DNA of 24,000 bases from Escherichia coli (GTDB taxonomy: Bacteria > Pseudomonadota > Gammaproteobacteria > Enterobacterales > Enterobacteriaceae). Position numbers and translations under genes: made by a program. Location: assembly GCF_036498465.1 (NCBI RefSeq), contig NZ_AP027599.1, one strand, 5' to 3'. Every line of letters starts with the position of its first letter. Position 1 is the first letter of the stretch. The notes below the pieces were generated by a model. That model was not told where the DNA came from, did not search any database, and saw nothing but the letters and a program-made list of their open reading frames with translations. Positions 1-11,132 of the stretch are shown here, one piece after another.

Positions 1-139
1 CAGAGGTATGATCGCGACGGAAATCGTTCGGGAAGGCAATCCCCTGCTCGCGCAGGTTCGCCAGCTTCTCACGACGCGTTTTCAGTTCATTGTTAAGATC
101 GACTACCGCGTCAGCGCCCTGTGCGTGTTGTTCAGACAT
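1..139 (-). CDS. lysS: Lysyl-tRNA synthetase, N-terminal part only (runs off the left edge)
   Basis: Reverse strand from ATG at 139 reads [46 protein letters not shown], the recalled N-terminus of E. coli LysS, 9 nt downstream of the prfB stop. Confidence 0.93.
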
Positions 140-148
140 GTTGGTTCC

Positions 149-1247
149 TCATAACCCTGCTTTCAAACTTGCTTCGATAAATTGATCCAGGCTGCCGTCC
201 AGCACGGCCTGCGTGTTGCGGGTTTCTACCCCGGTGCGCAGATCTTTAATGCGGGAGTCATCAAGGACATAAGAACGAATCTGGCTGCCCCAGCCGATGT
301 CGGATTTGTTATCTTCCATCGCCTGTTTCTCGGCATTTTTCTTCTGCATCTCCAGTTCATAAAGCTTCGCTTTCATCTGCTTCATGGCCTGATCTTTGTT
401 CTTGTGCTGGGAACGGTCGTTCTGGCACTGGGTCACGATCCCGGTCGGGATGTGGGTAATACGCACCGCAGATTCGGTACGGTTAACGTGCTGACCGCCC
501 GCGCCGGACGCGCGATAAACGTCAATGCGCAGATCCGCCGGGTTGATTTCGATATCAATATCATCATCAACTTCCGGATAAACAAACGCGGAGCTGAACG
601 ACGTGTGGCGACGACCGCCGGAGTCAAACGGGCTTTTACGCACCAGGCGGTGAACGCCGGTTTCTGTACGCAGCCAGCCGTAAGCGTAATCGCCGGAGAT
701 TTTGATCGTCACGGATTTAATACCCGCCACTTCACCTTCCGACTCTTCGATGATTTCAGTTTTGAAACCACGCGATTCTGCCCAGCGCAGATACATACGC
801 TCAAGCATGCTCGCCCAGTCCTGTGCTTCCGTACCGCCAGACCCCGCCTGAATATCGAGGTAGCAGTCGGCGCTGTCATATTCGCCAGAGAACATACGGC
901 GGAACTCAAGCTGCGCCAGTTTTTCTTCCAGGGCGTCGAGTTCAGCAACGGCTTCGTTAAAGGTTTCTTCGTCGTCAGCTTCTACAGCCAGTTCCAGCAG
1001 ACCAGAAACATCTTCCAGCCCCTGTTTCATTTGGTCGAGGGTGTCGACAACGGCTTCGAGGGAGGAACGCTCTTTACCCAGCGCCTGTGCGCGTTCGGGT
1101 TCGTTCCAGACATCCGGCTGTTCCAGCTCGGCGTTTACTTCTTCCAGACGCTCTTTCTTGGCGTCGTAGTCAAAGATACCCCCTAAGAACGTCGGAGCGT
1201 TCCGTGAGGTCCTGAATGCGATTATTTACCGGATTAATTTCAAACAT
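149..1247 (-). CDS. prfB: Peptide chain release factor 2, expressed through a programmed +1 frameshift
   Basis: ATG at 1247 gives [25 protein letters not shown] then TGA (1172-1170). Reading continues in the +1 frame to the stop at 149. Total 1099 nt = 366 codons + 1 nt. Contains the GGQ motif (SGAGGQHVN). The supplied 293 aa ORF is only the internal-Met part. Confidence 0.97.
1163..1190 (-). promoter_or_regulatory. prfB: prfB programmed +1 frameshift signal (internal Shine-Dalgarno + CTT TGA C)
   Basis: Reverse strand reads TTCTTAGGGGGTATCTTTGACTACGAC: SD-like AGGGGG a few nt upstream of the CUU-UGA-C slippery/stop site, with CTT at 1175-1173 and TGA at 1172-1170. Confidence 0.96.
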
Positions 1248-1288
1248 GGTCTGATTTCTTTTATTGAGCTAGTCAAAATGCGGTGATA

Positions 1289-1322
1289 AGAGCGGGATTG
1301 TACCCAATCCACGCTCTTTTTT
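1289..1322 (+). terminator. Rho-independent-like hairpin with T tract, oriented on the + strand
   Basis: agagcgggattgtacccaatccacgctct followed by tttttt. About an 11-bp stem with one bulge, loop gtaccc. The T run follows only on the + strand; the minus strand has an A tract before it. Confidence 0.55.
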
Positions 1323-1337
1323 ATAGAGAAGATGACG

Positions 1338-3071
1338 CTAAATTGGCCAGATATTGTCGATGATAATTTGCAGGCTGCGGTTGCCGCGAAACTCGTTGAT
1401 ATCGAGCTTATAAGCCAGTTGCACTTCGCGCACGCCGTTATCCGGCCAGAGGGCGGTATCGACATTAAAAGCAATACCATCCAGCAGTGGACCGCCGCCG
1501 ACCGGTTCGACCATCACCTTCAAATGACGTTCGCCCACCAGCCGCTGTTGCAGCAGACGGAAATGACCGTCAAACAGCGGCTCCGGGAACATCTGCCCCC
1601 ACGGGCCAGCATCGCGCAGCAGCTGCGCCACTTCCATGGTCATTTCGGCCGGGCTTAACGGACCGTCTGATACCACTTCGCCTTGCAATAGCGAAGGGTC
1701 CAGCCACTCAGTAACCAGTTCGCCAAACCGTTGTTGAAAGAGTTTGAATTTATCCTCTTCCAGCGACAAACCCGCCGCCATCGCATGACCGCCAAACTTC
1801 AGCATCATGCCAGGGTAGAGTGTGTCTAATCGCTCCAGCGCATCACGCATATGCAGCCCCTGAATGGAGCGACCGGAACCTTTCAGCGTACCGTCACCTG
1901 CTGGCGCAAACGCGATAACCGGACGGTGAAAACGCTCTTTGATGCGCGAAGCCAGAATACCGACAACGCCCTGATGCCATTCGGGGTGATACATTGCCAG
2001 CCCGCCGGGTAGCGTGTCACGGCTGCGCTCCAGTTTCTCGCACAGGGTCAGGGCTTCAATTTGCATTCCTTGTTCGATCTCTTTTCGCGTCTGGTTTAGC
2101 GCATCGAGTTCATTTGCCAGCACGCGCGCTTCGCCGATGTTGTCGCACAACAACAGCGCCACACCGACGGACATATCGTCCAGTCGTCCGGCAGCATTGA
2201 GACGTGGCCCCAGCGCAAAACCTAAATCGCTGGCGGCGAGTTTTTGTGCATCACGGTTTGCCACTTCAAGCAGCGCTTTAATCCCCGGACGGCACTTTCC
2301 GGCTCGGATGCGACTCATCCCCTGCCAGGTCAGAATGCGATTATTAGCGTCCAGCGGCACGACGTCCGCCACTGTCCCCAGCGCGACCAGATCCAGCAGT
2401 TCTGCCAGGTTAGGAATTGCGATGTTACGCTCATCAAACCAGCCCTGATCGCGCAAAAAGGTGCGCAGCGCCAGCATCAGATAAAACGCCACACCCACGC
2501 CTGCCAGTGATTTCGACGGGAAATTACAGTCGCGCAAGTTAGGGTTAATGATCGCTTCCGCTGCGGGTAATGTGTCGCCTGGCAAATGGTGATCGGTAAC
2601 AATAACCGGGATGCCCAACGAGCGAGCGTGCTCAACCCCCGCATGGGAGGAAATACCGTTATCCACCGTGACAATTAACTGCGCGCCACGGGCATGGGCC
2701 TGATCGACCACTTCCGGGCTTAAGCCGTAACCGTCTTCGAAACGGTTTGGTACCAGGTAGTCGATATTGCTGCAACCAAGCGAGCGCATCGCCAGCACGC
2801 TTAGAGCCGTGCTGGTCGCGCCGTCGGCGTCGAAATCACCGACCACAATAATCCGCGTTCCTTCGCGAAAAGCGTTGTAAAGGATCTCAACGGCCTTTTC
2901 GACGCCGCTCAGTTGCTGCCAGGGCAGCATACCTTTAACACTGCGTTCCAGTTCTTGCGCACTGCGTACTCCCCGGCTGGCGTATAAACGGCGCAGCAAG
3001 GGAGGCAATTCAGCGGGCAAGTCTGCCGTTTCATCGACTTCACGGCGACGAAGTTGTATCTGTTGTTTCAC
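1338..3071 (-). CDS. recJ: Single-stranded-DNA-specific 5'-3' exonuclease RecJ
   Basis: 577 aa ORF with a GTG start at 3071. DHH-family motifs VGDFDADGATST and VTDHHLPG; sequence matches recalled RecJ. Sits between dsbC and prfB as in E. coli. Confidence 0.96.
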   Translation of the reverse strand: MKQQIQLRRREVDETADLPAELPPLLRRLYASRGVRSAQELERSVKGMLPWQQLSGVEKAVEILYNAFREGTRIIVVGDFDADGATSTALSVLAMRSLGCSNIDYLVPNRFEDGYGLSPEVVDQAHARGAQLIVTVDNGISSHAGVEHARSLGIPVIVTDHHLPGDTLPAAEAIINPNLRDCNFPSKSLAGVGVAFYLMLALRTFLRDQGWFDERNIAIPNLAELLDLVALGTVADVVPLDANNRILTWQGMSRIRAGKCRPGIKALLEVANRDAQKLAASDLGFALGPRLNAAGRLDDMSVGVALLLCDNIGEARVLANELDALNQTRKEIEQGMQIEALTLCEKLERSRDTLPGGLAMYHPEWHQGVVGILASRIKERFHRPVIAFAPAGDGTLKGSGRSIQGLHMRDALERLDTLYPGMMLKFGGHAMAAGLSLEEDKFKLFQQRFGELVTEWLDPSLLQGEVVSDGPLSPAEMTMEVAQLLRDAGPWGQMFPEPLFDGHFRLLQQRLVGERHLKVMVEPVGGGPLLDGIAFNVDTALWPDNGVREVQLAYKLDINEFRGNRSLQIIIDNIWPI

Positions 3072-3076
3072 GCGAA

Positions 3077-3787
3077 TTATTTACCGCTGGTCATTTTTTG
3101 GTGTTCGTCGAGGAATTCTTTCATCTCTTTCGGCGGCTGGTAACCCGGAACAAGTGTGCCATTGCTCAGCACAACTGCCGGAGTACCGCTAACGCCAAGC
3201 TGGACGCCAAGTGCGTAATGGTCGGCAATATCCACGTCGCAACTGGCTGGTGCGACGCTTTTACCTGCCATCACATCATCAAACGCTTTGTTTTTATCTT
3301 TCGCACACCAGATAGCTTTCATTTCTTTCTCTGCATCGCTGTCCAGCCCCTGGCGCGGGAAAGCAAGATAACGCACGGTGATCCCCAGCGCGTTGTAGTC
3401 TGCCATTTGCTCATGCAGTTTGTGGCAGTAACCACAGGTAATATCAGTAAACACGGTGATGACGTGTTTTTCCTGCGGCGCTTTATAAACGATCATCTCT
3501 TTTTCAAGCGCATTCAACTGCTTTAACAGCATCTTATTGGTGACATTGACCGGAGCCGTGCCACTAACGTCATACATTGGCCCCTGAATGATATGTTTAC
3601 CATCATCGGTGATGTACAACACGCCGCTGTTAGTCAGAACTGTCTTCATGCCAGCTACAGGCGCGGGCTGAATATCGCTGCTTTTGATGCCCATTTTGGC
3701 TAACGTTTGTTGAATTGCCGCGTCATCAGCCTGAGCAAAGCCTGAAAACGCCGCTAACAAAGTAAACAACATAAAACCTTTCTTCAT
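3077..3787 (-). CDS. dsbC: Periplasmic thiol:disulfide isomerase DsbC
   Basis: 236 aa ORF with signal peptide MKKGFMLFTLLAAFSGFAQA and the thioredoxin-like CGYC active site (TDITCGYCHKLH). Confidence 0.97.
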   Translation of the reverse strand: MKKGFMLFTLLAAFSGFAQADDAAIQQTLAKMGIKSSDIQPAPVAGMKTVLTNSGVLYITDDGKHIIQGPMYDVSGTAPVNVTNKMLLKQLNALEKEMIVYKAPQEKHVITVFTDITCGYCHKLHEQMADYNALGITVRYLAFPRQGLDSDAEKEMKAIWCAKDKNKAFDDVMAGKSVAPASCDVDIADHYALGVQLGVSGTPAVVLSNGTLVPGYQPPKEMKEFLDEHQKMTSGK

Positions 3788-3811
3788 AAATCTTCCCGTT
3801 CTTTTCAGACA

Positions 3812-4708
3812 TCACGCCCGCGGGTGATGCTGTTGATGAAGTTGCCGCAGACGCTCGGTAGCGACATGCGTATAAATTTGCGTGGTGGAGAGATCGCTGT
3901 GGCCCAGTAGCATCTGCACCACGCGTAAATCCGCACCATGATTTAATAAATGAGTGGCAAAAGCGTGACGCAACACATGCGGTGACAGCTTTTCGCTGTC
4001 GATACCCGCCAGCACAGCATAATGTTTAATACGGTGCCAGAAGGTCTGTCGCGTCATCTGCTGCGCACGCTGGCTGGGAAACAACACCTCAATTGACACA
4101 CCATTCAGCAGCCACGGACGCCCATGTTCCAGATAGGTTTCCAGCCAGTAAACCGCCTCTTCACCTAACGGCACCAGACGCTCTTTGTTGCCTTTACCAA
4201 TGACCCGTACCACGCCCTGACGCAGGCTGATATCACTCATTGTCAGTCCGACCAGTTCAGAGACACGCAGCCCGGTAGCATACAACACTTCAAGCATGGC
4301 TTTATCGCGTAGCTCCAGTGGCTGATCGATTAATGGTGCCTGTAATAAACGTTCGACCTGCGCTTCGCTTAAATCTTTTGGCAAACGCTGGGGCAATTTC
4401 GGTGAAGCGAGATGCGCACTGGGATCGTCTTCACGAAACTTTTCGCGATAAAGATACTGGAACAATCGGCGCACTGCACTCAGCAAACGCGCTGAGCTGG
4501 TGGCTTTATACCCGCCCTCCAGCCGTTCTGCCAGTAATGCCTGCAAATCGTCACTTTGCGCCGTCGCCAGCGTCAACCCGCGGTGATGCAACCACTCCAC
4601 CATCATTGACAGATCGCGACGGTAAGCGTTCAACGTATTTTCAGCCAGATTTTTTTCCAGCCACAGAGCATCAAGAAACTGCTCGATGCGTGCCAGATCC
4701 TGTTTCAC
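3812..4708 (-). CDS. xerD: Site-specific tyrosine recombinase XerD (dif resolution)
   Basis: 298 aa ORF with tyrosine recombinase motifs ATGLRVSELVGL, HVLRHAFATHLLNHGADLRVVQMLLGHSDLSTTQIYTHV. Confidence 0.97.
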   Translation of the reverse strand: MKQDLARIEQFLDALWLEKNLAENTLNAYRRDLSMMVEWLHHRGLTLATAQSDDLQALLAERLEGGYKATSSARLLSAVRRLFQYLYREKFREDDPSAHLASPKLPQRLPKDLSEAQVERLLQAPLIDQPLELRDKAMLEVLYATGLRVSELVGLTMSDISLRQGVVRVIGKGNKERLVPLGEEAVYWLETYLEHGRPWLLNGVSIEVLFPSQRAQQMTRQTFWHRIKHYAVLAGIDSEKLSPHVLRHAFATHLLNHGADLRVVQMLLGHSDLSTTQIYTHVATERLRQLHQQHHPRA

Positions 4709-4819
4709 TTGCGCCCCTTATGGTCACTCATTTGATCCATTATGCCTTATTGTGCCGTGACTAAAGCGATTCTGATACACTAGCCGCAAAAGCCACAGCA
4801 GAATCGAGAAGCTTACGTT

Positions 4820-5341
4820 ATGAATATGGGTCTTTTTTACGGTTCCAGCACCTGTTACACCGAAATGGCGGCAGAAAAAATCCGCGATATTATCGGCCCA
4901 GAACTGGTGACCTTACATAACCTCAAGGACGACTCCCCGAAATTAATGGAGCAGTACGATGTGCTCATTCTGGGTATCCCGACCTGGGATTTTGGTGAAA
5001 TCCAGGAAGACTGGGAAGCCGTCTGGGATCAGCTCGACGACCTGAACCTTGAAGGTAAAATTGTTGCGCTGTATGGGCTTGGCGATCAACTGGGATACGG
5101 CGAGTGGTTCCTCGATGCGCTCGGTATGCTGCATGACAAACTCTCGACCAAAGGCGTGAAGTTCGTCGGCTACTGGCCAACGGAAGGATATGAATTTACC
5201 AGCCCGAAACCGGTGATTGCTGACGGGCAACTGTTCGTGGGTCTGGCGCTGGATGAAACTAACCAGTATGACCTTAGCGACGAGCGTATTCAGAGCTGGT
5301 GCGAGCAAATCCTCAACGAAATGGCAGAGCATTACGCCTGA
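4820..5341 (+). CDS. fldB: Flavodoxin 2
   Basis: 173 aa ORF, flavodoxin fold start [21 protein letters not shown] and typical W/Y FMN-binding segments; divergent from xerD. Confidence 0.95.
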
Positions 5342-5347
5342 TCTCAC

Positions 5348-5378
5348 TGACGGCTTAGCGCATATGCTTTGCCGTCAT
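5348..5378 (+). terminator. Probable fldB terminator, may serve both converging genes
   Basis: tgacggc ... gccgtca with inner agc/gct pairing, followed by the T-rich tctttatcttt, located between convergent fldB and ygfX. Confidence 0.5.
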
Positions 5379-5380
5379 CT

Positions 5381-6047
<667 letters not shown>

Positions 6048-6277
6048 TCACGAAAATCCAGTACCCGGCTATTGTAACGTGTTTTTCGCCTTCTTTTACG
6101 GGAATATCAGTAAACACCATCGCGATCGCGAAATTAATTCACAACAATTCAATGGCTTCATTTTTTTGGAAGTCGCCTCGCAGAAGGCACAGATCGCGTA
6201 GTGAAAGCACTTGCATTGCCTCATAGCTCTTTTACCATTAGTCATTAATACGCCGTTAAGCAACTCAGGACTCTATT

Positions 6278-7258
6278 ATGGCTTTTACACCTTTTCCTCC
6301 CCGTCAGCCTACGGCTTCTGCCCGTTTACCGCTGACGCTGATGACGCTTGATGACTGGGCGCTTGCCACCATTACTGGCGCGGACAGCGAAAAATATATG
6401 CAGGGTCAGGTGACAGCAGATGTCAGCCAGATGGCAGAAGATCAGCACCTGCTCGCCGCCCATTGCGACGCCAAAGGTAAAATGTGGAGCAATTTACGTC
6501 TGTTCCGCGACGGCGATGGCTTTGCATGGATTGAACGGCGCAGCGTGCGTGAACCGCAGCTGACTGAACTGAAAAAATATGCGGTATTCTCTAAAGTGAC
6601 CATCGCGCCAGACGACGAGCGTGTGCTGCTTGGTGTTGCCGGTTTTCAGGCGCGCGCCGCGCTGGCAAATCTCTTTAGCGAACTGCCTTCGAAAGAAAAA
6701 CAGGTAGTCAAAGAAGGCGCGACCACTTTGCTATGGTTTGAACACCCGGCAGAACGTTTCCTGATCGTAACCGATGAAGCTACTGCTAATATGCTGACCG
6801 ATAAACTGCGCGGTGAAGCGGAACTGAACAATAGCCAACAGTGGCTGGCATTAAACATTGAAGCGGGTTTCCCGGTGATTGATGCCGCCAACAGCGGGCA
6901 GTTTATCCCACAGGCGACCAATCTCCAGGCGCTGGGCGGTATCAGCTTTAAGAAAGGCTGTTATACCGGACAAGAGATGGTGGCGCGAGCAAAATTCCGT
7001 GGTGCCAATAAACGTGCGCTCTGGTTGCTGGCAGGTAGCGCCAGCCGACTGCCGGAAGCTGGTGAAGACTTAGAGCTGAAAATGGGCGAGAACTGGCGTC
7101 GTACCGGTACGGTACTGGCTGCGGTAAAACTGGAAGATGGTCAGGTCGTGGTACAGGTCGTCATGAATAACGATATGGAACCGGATAGCATCTTCCGCGT
7201 ACGCGACGATGCGAATACATTGCATATCGAGCCGCTGCCGTATTCGCTCGAAGAGTAA
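6278..7258 (+). CDS. ygfZ: Folate-binding YgfZ protein (Fe-S cluster related, GcvT-like fold)
   Basis: 326 aa ORF with the characteristic [12 protein letters not shown] motif; divergent from sdhE. Confidence 0.96.
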   Translation: MAFTPFPPRQPTASARLPLTLMTLDDWALATITGADSEKYMQGQVTADVSQMAEDQHLLAAHCDAKGKMWSNLRLFRDGDGFAWIERRSVREPQLTELKKYAVFSKVTIAPDDERVLLGVAGFQARAALANLFSELPSKEKQVVKEGATTLLWFEHPAERFLIVTDEATANMLTDKLRGEAELNNSQQWLALNIEAGFPVIDAANSGQFIPQATNLQALGGISFKKGCYTGQEMVARAKFRGANKRALWLLAGSASRLPEAGEDLELKMGENWRRTGTVLAAVKLEDGQVVVQVVMNNDMEPDSIFRVRDDANTLHIEPLPYSLEE

Positions 7259-7267
7259 ATCTCTTTA

Positions 7268-7440
7268 TCGCATCAGGCATTTATCGCCTGATGCGACGCT
7301 GGCGCGTCTTATCATGTCTGGGATTTGATGCCTTTATCACAACAGGGACGAGGCCCGTAGATCGGATAAGGCGTTCACGCCGAATCCGGCAGTTGTGCTC
7401 CGATGCCTGATGCGACGCTGGCGCGTCTTATCAGGCCTAC
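7268..7440. repeat. REP/BIME cluster between ygfZ and yqfA
   Basis: Palindrome cgcatcaggc/gcctgatgcg at 7269-7295; unit gtagatcggataaggcgttcacgccgaatccggca at about 7357-7392; unit gcctgatgcgacgctggcgcgtcttatcaggcctac at 7405-7440. The 29-mer gcctgatgcgacgctggcgcgtcttatca occurs at 7286-7314 and 7405-7433. Confidence 0.88.
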
Positions 7441-7453
7441 AAAGGCATACCCA

Positions 7454-8116
<663 letters not shown>

Positions 8117-8276
8117 TTACTCCGGAGAAACGTACACGCACATGTATACCTCTCCAGCGTAACTGAGAATAGTTCCAGTGAACACCTGTTAGCTAAAATA
8201 AATTCTGATTTGAGACTAATCTCCTAAAAATCATGAAATTAAATGCGAAATTTCAACTAACAGGCGTGAGTTCAAT

Positions 8277-8588
8277 TTAAAGACATTTAAATTCAATCAC
8301 ATAAAATTGTGTCTGACCGGGATAGATGTCAGCAATGACTTTTTTCAGTTCAGTCAGGGTCATATTTTCCTGCTCTGCATGTTTTTCAGTCAGCGTATCC
8401 AGCGTTACGGTTGAGGTTGCGGTGACTTCAATCGTGCAAAAATAACCGTCATCTTCAAAACGTCCGACACGAAGCACATCACCCGTTTTGAAGTGCGATT
8501 CAGACTCGTCGCGGATGGTGATGGTTTTACGCCCAGCCAGAATGTCATCCTGGAAACGTTGAAAAAAAGTGATGTCGTTTGGCTGCAT
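8277..8588 (-). CDS. yqfB: ASCH-domain protein YqfB (N4-acetylcytidine amidohydrolase)
   Basis: 103 aa ORF with an ASCH-like pattern ([35 protein letters not shown]), matches recalled YqfB; divergent from bglA. Confidence 0.92.
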   Translation of the reverse strand: MQPNDITFFQRFQDDILAGRKTITIRDESESHFKTGDVLRVGRFEDDGYFCTIEVTATSTVTLDTLTEKHAEQENMTLTELKKVIADIYPGQTQFYVIEFKCL

Positions 8589-8605
8589 GGTACTATTTCC
8601 TGTAA

Positions 8606-10066
<1,461 letters not shown>

Positions 10067-10077
10067 GTCGATGAAGT

Positions 10078-10105
10078 ACCGGATGCAATACTTGTTGCAT
10101 CCGGT
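10078..10105. terminator. Perfect 11-bp hairpin between convergent bglA and ygfF (bidirectional terminator-like or REP-derived)
   Basis: accggatgcaa tacttg ttgcatccggt at 10078-10105. No strong T tract immediately follows. Confidence 0.4.
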
Positions 10106-10122
10106 CAGACAACTTCCCTGTT

Positions 10123-10866
10123 TTATTTCCCGCCCGCCAAATCGATAAAACTTCCCGTGACGTAAGAGGCTTTATCACTTAGTAGCCAGACAATGGCCTG
10201 CGCGACCTCTTCTGCCTGTCCACCACGCTGCATGGGGATGTTCGACTTAACGCGATCGACGCGTCCAGGCTCGCCGCCGCTGGCGTGCATTTCGGTATAA
10301 ATAAACCCTGGCCGCACGCAGTTAACGCGGATCCCCTGCGCGGCGACTTCCAGCGATAGTCCGGTGGTTAACGTATCAATCGCCCCTTTCGATGCCGCGT
10401 AATCAACATATTCCCCTGGCGAACCCAACCGTGAGGCCACCGAAGAGACATTGACGATAGCGCCGCCACTGCCACCATTTTTAAGCGCCATGCGTTTTAC
10501 CGCCTCGCGACAGCAGAGAAAATATCCCGTCACGTTGGTGGAAAGTACTCGGTTGATTCGCTCTGCGGTAAGGTTTTCAACGGTGCACTGGGTAAACAAG
10601 ATCCCGGCGTTATTGACCAGCGCTGCTAGCGGTTCATCGTGCTGATCGATTGCTGTAAACATCGCAACGACCTGGTTTTCGTCGCTGATATCCGCCTGGA
10701 GCACGAATGCTTTGCCACCGGCTTGCGTTATTAAGTTCATCACTTCCTGCGCCGCGTGGAGGTTTTGCTGATAATTAACCGCCACCGTATACCCTTCTTG
10801 CGCCAACAGTAATGCAGTTGCCCGCCCGATGCCGCGACTGCCACCAGTCACAAGTGCTATAGCCAT
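10123..10866 (-). CDS. ygfF: Short-chain dehydrogenase/reductase YgfF
   Basis: 247 aa ORF with a TGGSRGIG cofactor motif, NNAG, and YAASKG catalytic motif. Confidence 0.93.
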   Translation of the reverse strand: MAIALVTGGSRGIGRATALLLAQEGYTVAVNYQQNLHAAQEVMNLITQAGGKAFVLQADISDENQVVAMFTAIDQHDEPLAALVNNAGILFTQCTVENLTAERINRVLSTNVTGYFLCCREAVKRMALKNGGSGGAIVNVSSVASRLGSPGEYVDYAASKGAIDTLTTGLSLEVAAQGIRVNCVRPGFIYTEMHASGGEPGRVDRVKSNIPMQRGGQAEEVAQAIVWLLSDKASYVTGSFIDLAGGK

Positions 10867-10950
10867 TTGTTTTTCCGAGAAAAATTAATTCGTTGACGTA
10901 TCTTTGAGATTGCTAACAAACTGGCTCAATCTTCAATGTTGGCACGCTTT

Positions 10951-11055
10951 TCCCCCTCGCCCTTTCAGGGAGAGGGCCGGGGTGAGGGTAAATATTCGCG
11001 CCAGTGCCGGCCTGTTCCCCTCACCCTAACCCTCTCCCCAAAGGGGCGAGGGGAC
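10951..11055. repeat. Long GC-rich imperfect inverted repeat between ygfF and gcvP
   Basis: Left arm 10951-10988 tccccctcgccctttcagggagagggccggggtgaggg; right arm 11017-11055 cccctcaccctaaccctctccccaaaggggcgagggga. Each arm is itself partly self-complementary. Confidence 0.85.
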
Positions 11056-11132
11056 TGTCTGAGCACTTTTGTACTTTGTCATCTGACTAAAAAGGCGCCG
11101 AAGCGCCTTTAGAAAATAGTCGAATCAGTGAA

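Noticed and set aside
182-1186. 334 aa + strand ORF antisense to prfB
   Set aside because: Exactly overlays the RF2 coding frame. Low-complexity, compositionally odd translation and no RBS or known domain; best explained as a codon-usage shadow. Kept only as context for the + strand hairpin at 1289-1322.
8274-8293. aatttaaa gaca tttaaatt palindrome at the yqfB stop
   Set aside because: Pure A/T 8-bp stem in AT-rich DNA with weak folding energy; likely chance or at most a weak terminator element.
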